Shown here: positions 1-5,822 of the stretch, in pieces
How positions within the stretch are numbered: position 1 is the first letter of the stretch
Layout: every line of letters starts with the position of its first letter
DNA from: a virus
Lineage: Duplodnaviria; Caudoviricetes
Length of the DNA: 55,994 nucleotides
IMG/VR virus record: IMGVR_UViG_3300025543_000030
Location: 1 to 55,994 of that record
Reading direction: 5' to 3' (one strand)
Made by a program: the position numbers and the translations under genes
The notes under the pieces: generated by a model
The model's database searches: none
Seen by the model: only the letters and a program-made list of their open reading frames with translations
Told to the model about the DNA's origin: nothing

Positions 1-38
1 GCTTTATTTGGATTAGGGTGTAAATAAAATATATTCAT
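1..38 (-). CDS. 5' end of a gene running off the window; probable pyrimidine-dimer DNA glycosylase (DenV/Pyr_excise-like) family
   Basis: Reads MNIFYLHPNPNKA..., matching the MNIFYLxxxP start I recall for this phage family. ATGA overlap with the upstream ORF. Only ~12 codons are visible. Confidence 0.45.
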   Translation of the reverse strand, partial: MNIFYLHPNPNK

Positions 39-136
39 GTCTTATTTACTCTATTATAATGTTGATCAAGTAGCATGTTGGCAACTTCCATGCTGATCAT
101 ATTGTCGTTATATAATTGCCAAACTAGTTTACTCAT
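35..136 (-). CDS. small hypothetical protein (33 aa)
   Basis: Hand-translated MSKLVWQLYNDNMISMEVANMLLDQHYNRVNKT. Fills the gap and overlaps both neighbours; below the ORF-track cutoff. Confidence 0.65.
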   Translation of the reverse strand: MSKLVWQLYNDNMISMEVANMLLDQHYNRVNKT

Positions 137-983
137 AATTTCTAATAGTTTTAAATAGTGGATGTCTGTAACTACCGTATTGAGTACGTTCGAAATATGT
201 AAACGTAGCTCTTTGGCCCATATACTTGTGTATATTTTTAAGCATATTAGCTAAATCTTTGTAGTTGTAGCCTTTACCTGGAGGACAACCAAACTTATTA
301 CCATTGTCATCTTGCATTAAGAACTTGCCAAGAGTACCTTCACGTTTGCCTTTACCTTCTTCATAGCCAATAATTGTGGCTTCAGTGTCACTAAAGTCTT
401 TAAACTTTTGTAAGTTGTAAGATCGTTTTTGCTGATAGGGTTTATCTAGACGTAGTATAGAGCCTTCGTAACCGTTATTTAAGTTGTATTGATGTCTTAA
501 CTGTGCAGACTCTTTAGAATTAACTAGAGTAGTTTCTACATATTTAATACAGTAGTTGTACATATCAGAGCAAGTTAGTTGATCAGATCTGTAACTATAA
601 GGCTTGTTCATAACTGTTTCTATATAATCATAGCAATGAAACTGTATTAGTTTTTTAGCATCAGCCTTATCGGCATCAGTTGGTTTTTGTTTTCTAACTA
701 ATGATATAATCTTTTCGAAGTCATCTCTAAGATCATGATTGTATAATTCACCATCAAGAACTATATCTACATTAGCATAGTCAAAGAAAAATTCATTTAA
801 CGATAGTTTAATGTGTTCAAGATTGTGAAATTCTTTACCTGTACGTGAGAAACATCTAATGTTTTCTTTGTCGTCGACATATATAACACAACGTACGCCG
901 TCAAGCTTAGGTTGAATGTATACTTTCTCGGACCAGTCGACAGGTTTTTTGTCTACTTTGTATGCGAGCATTGGTTTAATCAT
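129..983 (-). CDS. lig: ATP-dependent DNA ligase (minimal adenylation + OB-fold type)
   Basis: Motif I QPKLDGVR (KxDG), III LDGELY, IIIa FHCYD, IV YEGSILR, V LQKFK; C-terminal OB-like segment ending in RHP. Confidence 0.93.
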   Translation of the reverse strand: MIKPMLAYKVDKKPVDWSEKVYIQPKLDGVRCVIYVDDKENIRCFSRTGKEFHNLEHIKLSLNEFFFDYANVDIVLDGELYNHDLRDDFEKIISLVRKQKPTDADKADAKKLIQFHCYDYIETVMNKPYSYRSDQLTCSDMYNYCIKYVETTLVNSKESAQLRHQYNLNNGYEGSILRLDKPYQQKRSYNLQKFKDFSDTEATIIGYEEGKGKREGTLGKFLMQDDNGNKFGCPPGKGYNYKDLANMLKNIHKYMGQRATFTYFERTQYGSYRHPLFKTIRNYE

Positions 984-1252
984 AATTTATCTATTTTATT
1001 TTGTAATTTAGTTATTTTATTTTTCATTATCTCAGCTTTTTCATACTCTTCATCATCAATAAATTTGTTTTGAAGTGTACACAGTCTACCGAGTTCGTCT
1101 TGTAGTATTTCACGCTCAGACAATTTACCTTCATATATAGGTTCGTCTTCTACGTATTTAATACCATAAGATGCTGTTTCAGGGTTAATAAACTCCTGAT
1201 ATAGATCGAATTTAATTCTATCTAATAGTTTTTGATACTGTCTTTCTGTCAT
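980..1252 (-). CDS. hypothetical protein with C-terminal UVR-like coiled coil
   Basis: ORF track; EEYEKAEIMKNKI resembles the UvrB/C 'E.YE.A...RD.I' motif. Confidence 0.7.
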   Translation of the reverse strand: MTERQYQKLLDRIKFDLYQEFINPETASYGIKYVEDEPIYEGKLSEREILQDELGRLCTLQNKFIDDEEYEKAEIMKNKITKLQNKIDKL

Positions 1253-1407
1253 TAATAAGTTAATTTACTAGGGTTAGCTAAAAAATATCTAATATCTAAT
1301 TGTTTTTCTTCTAAGTCTTCAATTCTTACTAATAACTCTTTAAGAGTATAAGACTCACCATCTCGATGAGACTTTACTTTTATTGGTTCTTCAGTTGGTT
1401 TAAACAT
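1252..1407 (-). CDS. small hypothetical protein (51 aa; alternative start 1416)
   Basis: Hand-translated MFKPTEEPIKVKSHRDGESYTLKELLVRIEDLEEKQLDIRYFLANPSKLTY; TAATG overlap with the next gene. Confidence 0.65.
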   Translation of the reverse strand: MFKPTEEPIKVKSHRDGESYTLKELLVRIEDLEEKQLDIRYFLANPSKLTY

Positions 1408-1439
1408 ATTATCCATTTTATATCGTATTTACTTTGTGT
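1407..1439 (-). promoter_or_regulatory. conserved bipartite motif copy 1 (putative phage early promoter)
   Basis: Minus strand ACACAAAGTAAATACGA-TATAAAAT-GGATAATA. Confidence 0.7.
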
Positions 1440-1885
1440 TTTTCTTTCCAATCAGTGTAACCATAATTGTTTTGTTTGTATTTGTCTAGTAGTTTTTGTG
1501 CACCACCGACAAATTCACAAGTGTTAGTATACTGATTATAAGCGCTTAGCCATACGTCAGGTTTACCTGTCCATATAATCCAAGTGTATTCATGGTCAAT
1601 AGAATCAACATTTGGGTATAAGTACTGACTATTATAATGAAAGTCATGTACTAAATGTGATGCTATTCTTGAACCATCACCGAAGTTTGTAAAACCTCGC
1701 TCACCTTGCATGTGCTGAATCCAGTTAGCAAGTTCTACACCTCTCCACTCAGGATAACCATCATGGTGCAGATACATATGAACATAAGCTTTATCGCTAA
1801 CCAACTGTGGTTTAACTGCAAAGCCTTTTTCAAATTCTTCTGCGTGTGATCTATCGACCACTAGTGTCATATTTCTTGTAGCCAT
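1418..1885 (-). CDS. conserved phage hypothetical protein (HHDGYP motif family)
   Basis: MATR start and YLHHDGYPEWRG motif, which I recall from uncharacterised phage proteins. Confidence 0.8.
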   Translation of the reverse strand: MATRNMTLVVDRSHAEEFEKGFAVKPQLVSDKAYVHMYLHHDGYPEWRGVELANWIQHMQGERGFTNFGDGSRIASHLVHDFHYNSQYLYPNVDSIDHEYTWIIWTGKPDVWLSAYNQYTNTCEFVGGAQKLLDKYKQNNYGYTDWKEKHKVNTI

Positions 1886-2046
1886 TATACTAATTCTTCA
1901 CCTATACTGATTATTTCAGCGATTATTAATACTGCTACACCTAATGACAACGATGACATTAGGATGCTAAAGCCCATTACTCTAAGTATAGACTTGAATA
2001 AACTCACTTTAAAATGTGGAGTGAGTTTGCTTTTAAATTTACTCAT
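1885..2046 (-). CDS. small membrane protein (53 aa)
   Basis: Hand-translated MSKFKSKLTPHFKVSLFKSILRVMGFSILMSSLSLGVAVLIIAEIISIGEELV. Hydrophobic, A/T-rich leader, TAATG coupling to the next gene. Confidence 0.7.
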   Translation of the reverse strand: MSKFKSKLTPHFKVSLFKSILRVMGFSILMSSLSLGVAVLIIAEIISIGEELV

Positions 2047-2068
2047 ATTTAATTTAATTTAATGTTAG

Positions 2069-2141
2069 TTGACTCGCTAGGGCTCGAACCTAGACTCTTC
2101 TGGACCAAAACCAGACGTGTTGCCAGTTACACCACGAGTCA
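2069..2141 (-). tRNA. tRNA-Gln (anticodon UUG), CCA not encoded
   Basis: Full cloverleaf: TGACTCG/CGAGTCA acceptor, GTGT/ACAC D stem, TCTGG-TT TTG GT-CCAGA anticodon arm, CTAGG-TTCGAGC-CCTAG T arm; followed by A-CTA. Confidence 0.93.
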
Positions 2142-2146
2142 TTATG

Positions 2147-2377
2147 CTAATCTAATAGCACTTGATAAGCTTTAGGGTTGGCTTTTCTAAACCAGTCTAA
2201 GCCTTTTCTTGTTAAATCGTACTTTTGTACCATTTGAGAACCCATAATTAAGTCATACATACTTAATTCTAAGTTGTTTAGTTCGTAAGTATCGCCTGAA
2301 AAAGGGTTTGTTACTGTTTCGCCTTTGTCGTATATTGTACCGTCGAACCATTTAGGTAATTGTGTTTTGTTTTTCAT
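2147..2377 (-). CDS. hypothetical protein
   Basis: ORF track, 76 aa, tightly packed with neighbours. Confidence 0.75.
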   Translation of the reverse strand: MKNKTQLPKWFDGTIYDKGETVTNPFSGDTYELNNLELSMYDLIMGSQMVQKYDLTRKGLDWFRKANPKAYQVLLD

Positions 2378-2606
2378 AATCTAAGTAATCTATTCTTTCG
2401 TGATCTTTTTCTATTAATGATGCTATATAATCCCACACTTCACGTTGTTGTTTTGTGTGTCTCAATACGCCTTCTAGTTGGTCTATTGTTATAAAAGGTG
2501 TTATATTATCTTTTATTTCTTGCTTTAACCTGCTAATGTCAGTGTCTAGACTGTATACATTAGCAAAAGCTTTGTCATGAGCTAAATCTTTTATTCTACT
2601 TTCCAT
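2352..2606 (-). CDS. hypothetical protein
   Basis: ORF track, 84 aa, coupled to neighbours. Confidence 0.7.
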   Translation of the reverse strand: MESRIKDLAHDKAFANVYSLDTDISRLKQEIKDNITPFITIDQLEGVLRHTKQQREVWDYIASLIEKDHERIDYLDYEKQNTIT

Positions 2607-2839
2607 TATTTATTAATTATATTGTTACCATATAATAAATCTTGAGCAGACAACTTGTAAGTTGGTATGTCACAGTAAACTGATATATCAGATACTTGAC
2701 TAACTGTTAAGTCATACCATGACGTTTTAGACATAAGTACATATTTAAGTCTTTTAGCGCTAGAATACTGTCTAGCATTTTTTTGCAGTGACGACTTAAA
2801 ACCTGGTTCTAGTCTGTCATAAATTGTTTTGATTCTCAT
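2606..2839 (-). CDS. hypothetical protein
   Basis: ORF track; ATG lies 5 nt downstream of the conserved motif. Confidence 0.75.
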   Translation of the reverse strand: MRIKTIYDRLEPGFKSSLQKNARQYSSAKRLKYVLMSKTSWYDLTVSQVSDISVYCDIPTYKLSAQDLLYGNNIINK

Positions 2840-2844
2840 ATTTA

Positions 2845-2877
2845 TATTATCCGTGTTAATTCGTATTTAGTTTGTAA
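2845..2877 (-). promoter_or_regulatory. conserved bipartite motif copy 2
   Basis: TTACAAACTAAATACGA-ATTAACAC-GGATAATA, then 5 nt, then ATG. Confidence 0.75.
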
Positions 2878-3079
2878 CATATCTTTCTTTGTTACTATCG
2901 ATTATTTCACCGATTTCATCTTGCATAGACACTATATCCATAGCAAGTAGCTGTAGTTCTGCTAAACCATTTACTTCGTAAGTACTTAGATTATTGACTT
3001 CGTTATCTTGTATAGCGTTTACGCAGTCTTGTAACGCTCTTGCAGTATTCTCGAATCTGCAGTAACTCATGTTTGGCAT
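2867..3079 (-). CDS. conserved phage hypothetical protein (MSYCRFENT family); start revised from 3112 to 3079
   Basis: MPNMSYCRFENT is preceded by the A/T leader TAAATAAATTAAAT; the upstream extension overlaps a predicted structured RNA. Confidence 0.75.
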   Translation of the reverse strand: MPNMSYCRFENTARALQDCVNAIQDNEVNNLSTYEVNGLAELQLLAMDIVSMQDEIGEIIDSNKERYVTN

Positions 3080-3102
3080 ATTTAATTTATTTAATGTTAG
3101 AG

Positions 3103-3173
3103 TGGCGACCAACCTGTGAGCAATGTCGTAAGCTTCTCACGGTGAATGCAACGTGTGACTAATTTCACCAGTC
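3103..3173 (-). ncRNA. putative structured RNA (short closing stem, two hairpins, 3' GCCA)
   Basis: GACU/GGUC closing stem, GGUGAA/UUCACC and GUGAG/CUCAC hairpins, followed by G-CCA. Confidence 0.45.
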
Positions 3174-3178
3174 TGTAG

Positions 3179-3252
3179 TGGAAGTGGGCGGAGTCGAACC
3201 GCCGTTAGACACCTTTGCTTTCGCCGCGGTTGTCTCTTACCTTATCACTCCC
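3179..3252 (-). ncRNA. tmRNA tRNA-like-domain (TLD)-like small RNA lacking an mRNA-like domain
   Basis: GGGAGUG/CACUUCC-A acceptor with G3-U70; stemless D loop AUAAGGUAAG; helix AGAC(A)ACC/GGUGUCU capped by GC-GAAA-GC; AAC linker; T arm GGCGG-UUCGACU-CCGCC. Confidence 0.7.
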
Positions 3253-3255
3253 ATT

Positions 3256-3342
3256 GGCCGGCTATTCACTTATGTGTGTGTAGCATTATCTCCAGTGGTT
3301 CTCGACACCACATACACACCTAATTAAGCTACTCGTCCGGCC
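3256..3342 (-). ncRNA. putative rod-shaped structured RNA with bulged-G (loop E/sarcin-ricin-type) motif
   Basis: Nested helices GGCCGG/CCGGCC, GCUUA/UAAGU, GUGUGUA/UACACAC, GUGGU/ACCAC; AGUA opposite GAA next to the second helix. Confidence 0.55.
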
Positions 3343-3346
3343 TCTT

Positions 3347-3535
3347 TTATTTTCTACGCCAAGCTTTGTGTACTTGATCACTTAGTTCTTGACTTACTAC
3401 TTGTATTTCTAGAACTTGTTTGTTAGCAATAATAGGTATATAGCTATATTGCTGAGTTGAACTACAGTTTACACAATTTGAATAACCTAATGCTATTCTG
3501 CCTGCCGGTATTTTGTTATTACATTTACATTTCAT
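3347..3535 (-). CDS. DksA/TraR-like C4 zinc-finger protein; start revised to 3535
   Basis: MKCKCNNKIPAGRIALGYSNCVNC resembles the C..C...IP..R.......C..C pattern of TraR/DksA fingers (first pair CxC). ATG lies 5 nt after the motif. Confidence 0.6.
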   Translation of the reverse strand: MKCKCNNKIPAGRIALGYSNCVNCSSTQQYSYIPIIANKQVLEIQVVSQELSDQVHKAWRRK

Positions 3536-3540
3536 ATTAT

Positions 3541-3573
3541 TATTATCCATTAATAATCGTATTTAGTTTGTAA
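3541..3573 (-). promoter_or_regulatory. conserved bipartite motif copy 3
   Basis: TTACAAACTAAATACGA-TTATTAAT-GGATAATA, then 5 nt, then ATG. Confidence 0.75.
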
Positions 3574-3671
3574 TTAAATCGTCTATAATATTCTACTTCA
3601 AGCCTTTCCGCTTCATACTTAGTTATTTTAAGTAGTTTAATGTGCTTATGTCTTAGTTTTCTAGTCTTCAT
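3543..3671 (-). CDS. small basic hypothetical protein (42 aa)
   Basis: Hand-translated MKTRKLRHKHIKLLKITKYEAERLEVEYYRRFNYKLNTIING; fills the gap and stops inside the motif. Confidence 0.55.
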   Translation of the reverse strand: MKTRKLRHKHIKLLKITKYEAERLEVEYYRRFNYKLNTIING

Positions 3672-3861
3672 CTAATCCAGCATGTAATTTTTCTATTGTT
3701 GCTATCATTATAGCATTGTGAACATGGTTATAATCCTCGCTGTCAAGTCCTTCAAACTCTTCAACGCCATCCATTGCCCAATTTACTGCTTCATACAATG
3801 TTTCTTTGATGTGAGACACTTGAGCGTCTGCTATTTCATCTATAATTTTCATTTTACTCAT
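3661..3861 (-). CDS. acidic hypothetical protein
   Basis: ORF track, 66 aa, ATGA coupling. Confidence 0.7.
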   Translation of the reverse strand: MSKMKIIDEIADAQVSHIKETLYEAVNWAMDGVEEFEGLDSEDYNHVHNAIMIATIEKLHAGLDED

Positions 3862-4115
3862 AATATTGCTTTTTTAACTTGTTTTAAATCGTATTTTTCA
3901 TGTGAATCACGCCACATTTTGTGCATTGTGTACTTACTTGATTGAGTATACGATGTTTTACCACGTAATTTAACCTGTTTGTACTCGCGATCGGTAAATG
4001 GTTGGCATTCACCGTGCACTTTGTTAAGCTCATAGTGTTGAAAACTACGTTGTTTACGCTTGTTTTTAACATATTGCTTTAGTTCTTGCATATTTCTACA
4101 CATATATTCTATCAT
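3858..4115 (-). CDS. basic hypothetical protein (start uncertain)
   Basis: ORF track, 85 aa. Confidence 0.65.
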   Translation of the reverse strand: MIEYMCRNMQELKQYVKNKRKQRSFQHYELNKVHGECQPFTDREYKQVKLRGKTSYTQSSKYTMHKMWRDSHEKYDLKQVKKAIL

Positions 4116-4242
4116 TTATGCGATAAAACGAAGTGTAATTTGTATACTCTATGTTTTGATGTAGTGGAGTAAGCACTTGGTAACCTTTGTCTGTTTCTAA
4201 CAGAACATTACCTGTTTCTTGATTGAATTTGATTTGTTTCAT
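4096..4242 (-). CDS. small hypothetical protein (48 aa)
   Basis: Hand-translated MKQIKFNQETGNVLLETDKGYQVLTPLHQNIEYTNYTSFYRINDRIYV; ATG lies 7 nt after the motif. Confidence 0.65.
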   Translation of the reverse strand: MKQIKFNQETGNVLLETDKGYQVLTPLHQNIEYTNYTSFYRINDRIYV

Positions 4243-4249
4243 ATACTTA

Positions 4250-4282
4250 TATTATCCATTAGTTTTCGTATTTAGTTTGTAA
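4250..4282 (-). promoter_or_regulatory. conserved bipartite motif copy 4
   Basis: TTACAAACTAAATACGA-AAACTAAT-GGATAATA. Confidence 0.75.
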
Positions 4283-4695
4283 TTTCTTATGTAGAAGTCT
4301 AACATAAATTTCATGCGAGCTAAAGTGTTCCAGATTTTAGTTCTAGTGTAACCATTGTAGATATATGTTTTAAGTGTACCTTCATCAGTTAGAAACATTT
4401 GTCTTTGCTCTCTTTTATAAACTGGATTTAGTTGATAGTTAGATGAGCAAGAGTTTACATTTCTTACATAACCTGATTTATACACTGCTAATCTTAGTTT
4501 TATTTTAGAGGCAAATCTCTCACCTTTTAAATGGAAATATCTTGATGGTACAGGAAATTCAAATTCTCTTGTGCCATTTATTGCTTGTCTTTGTGTGGTT
4601 ACTTCTTTGATATTATGCTCTATTAATAGTCTTCTAGCAAAAGAATCCTCGAGCATTTGATTTTCTTGTTGCCAAGTGTATTTATTTGTACTCAT
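4252..4695 (-). CDS. hypothetical protein
   Basis: ORF track, 147 aa; the stop lies within the motif. Confidence 0.75.
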   Translation of the reverse strand: MSTNKYTWQQENQMLEDSFARRLLIEHNIKEVTTQRQAINGTREFEFPVPSRYFHLKGERFASKIKLRLAVYKSGYVRNVNSCSSNYQLNPVYKREQRQMFLTDEGTLKTYIYNGYTRTKIWNTLARMKFMLDFYIRNYKLNTKTNG

Positions 4696-4909
4696 TGTAA
4701 TAAGGTTTAGTATAGTTAGTATTAAAGTTAATTGATTTAGCTACATTTTGTCGCCATTGCCACTCACGCTTGCGATACTCATAGCTTTGACACCATTTTT
4801 TCACAGCAGTAACTTGTGGTATTTCACCGTATTTTGCTTCATAGTCAAGACATTGTTGTAACTTTGCTTTGATTTCTGACGCTGGATAGTCTTTAAATTT
4901 TGTATTCAT
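4682..4909 (-). CDS. hypothetical protein; start revised to 4909
   Basis: MNTKFKDY... ATG lies 5 nt after the motif. Confidence 0.7.
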   Translation of the reverse strand: MNTKFKDYPASEIKAKLQQCLDYEAKYGEIPQVTAVKKWCQSYEYRKREWQWRQNVAKSINFNTNYTKPYYNEYK

Positions 4910-4914
4910 ACTAG

Positions 4915-4947
4915 TATTATCCATTAGTAGTCGTATTTAGTTTGTGA
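4915..4947 (-). promoter_or_regulatory. conserved bipartite motif copy 5
   Basis: TCACAAACTAAATACGA-CTACTAAT-GGATAATA, then 5 nt, then ATG. Confidence 0.75.
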
Positions 4948-5048
4948 GTTTCGATAATACCAAGAACATCTGCTCTTGTTAGTTTATTTTCCATTTGTAG
5001 ACCAATAGCCCACGTTAAATCATTATTATATTTATCAGTGAAAATCAT
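4917..5048 (-). CDS. small hypothetical protein (43 aa)
   Basis: Hand-translated MIFTDKYNNDLTWAIGLQMENKLTRADVLGIIETHKLNTTTNG; ATGA overlap with the upstream ORF. Confidence 0.55.
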   Translation of the reverse strand: MIFTDKYNNDLTWAIGLQMENKLTRADVLGIIETHKLNTTTNG

Positions 5049-5185
5049 ACGCCTACAAATATTACTTGATAAAACATAAATAGTATTCCTGATACTGACA
5101 TTGGTAGTAATACTCCGAAAGCATAAACTTCTAGTATTACTAAGTGTAAAGGTTTTGACTTTACATATTTTCTTATTTTTCTCAT
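5045..5185 (-). CDS. small membrane protein (46 aa)
   Basis: Hand-translated MRKIRKYVKSKPLHLVILEVYAFGVLLPMSVSGILFMFYQVIFVGV; basic N-terminus then a hydrophobic stretch. Confidence 0.65.
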   Translation of the reverse strand: MRKIRKYVKSKPLHLVILEVYAFGVLLPMSVSGILFMFYQVIFVGV

Positions 5186-5209
5186 ATTATTAAATTTTAT
5201 TATTGTTAG

Positions 5210-5250
5210 TAGACATGGTGAGAATCGAACTCACATTAACCATTATGTCT
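5210..5250 (-). ncRNA. tRNA-like minihelix (acceptor stem + T arm, no anticodon arm)
   Basis: AGACAU/AUGUCU stem, linker AAUGGUUAAU, T arm GUGAG-UUCGAUU-CUCAC, then A-CUA as in the tRNA-Gln. Confidence 0.55.
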
Positions 5251-5310
5251 TGTACTCATTCGCAATTTTATACTGTTAGAAACAAGTGGAACTCGCAGTG
5301 TTGTTAGTAG

Positions 5311-5538
5311 TTATACTAATTCTACATTTCTTAGTGCAACTGGAATATTATTAGTTGCGGTGTAAGACTTGTACTTTTGAAAGCAATTCATACTTTGTAA
5401 CTTACTTTTCATAATGTTGTACGCTATGTCATGATTGTAAGTGTATGTAATACCTTTTTTGTTAGTAAATTCTATTGTTACATTTTTTCCGATTAGTGAC
5501 TGTCTGATGACAAATCTTTTTGAAGTTATTTTACTCAT
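5311..5538 (-). CDS. hypothetical protein; start revised to 5538
   Basis: MSKITSKRFVIRQSLIGK... preceded by an A-rich leader. Confidence 0.75.
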   Translation of the reverse strand: MSKITSKRFVIRQSLIGKNVTIEFTNKKGITYTYNHDIAYNIMKSKLQSMNCFQKYKSYTATNNIPVALRNVELV

Positions 5539-5579
5539 ATTATATTTATTTATTTTATTTATTAGTTGTTTTACATTTA

Positions 5580-5612
5580 TATTATCCAATTGATGTCGTA
5601 TTTAGTTTGTAA
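5580..5612 (-). promoter_or_regulatory. conserved bipartite motif copy 6
   Basis: TTACAAACTAAATACGA-CATCAATT-GGATAATA-TAAATGTAA. Confidence 0.75.
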
Positions 5613-5727
5613 GTTCTACTACGATTTCTTCATATAGATAATCTAGTATAGTCTCATTGTACTTATCTTTACACATAGTATTGTCATATGGAAACTTTAC
5701 TTTTAACTCTTGTATTAATTCATTCAT
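5602..5727 (-). CDS. small acidic hypothetical protein (41 aa)
   Basis: Hand-translated MNELIQELKVKFPYDNTMCKDKYNETILDYLYEEIVVELTN; stop inside the motif. Confidence 0.55.
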   Translation of the reverse strand: MNELIQELKVKFPYDNTMCKDKYNETILDYLYEEIVVELTN

Positions 5728-5822
5728 AGTAGTGTATATTTATTTGGTAGTTAATATTAGTCGAATGGTATACCACACTCATTCTTATGAAGTAACTATT
5801 ATTACTTAATTACTTACATTTA

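Noticed and set aside
3179-3252. Ordinary tRNA-Ala or full-length tmRNA
   Set aside because: No D stem and no 7-nt anticodon loop; no room for a tag ORF or pseudoknots, and the order is not that of a permuted two-piece tmRNA.
3256-3342. Y RNA, SRP RNA or 5S rRNA
   Set aside because: The 5' end resembles Y RNA (GGCYGG..CGAGU), but the complementary Ro-binding strand is absent; the SRP domain IV motif and 5S architecture are not present.
3718-4072. ORFs 3718-3945 (+) and 3884-4072 (-)
   Set aside because: They overlap better-coupled minus-strand genes in other frames; no supporting motif.
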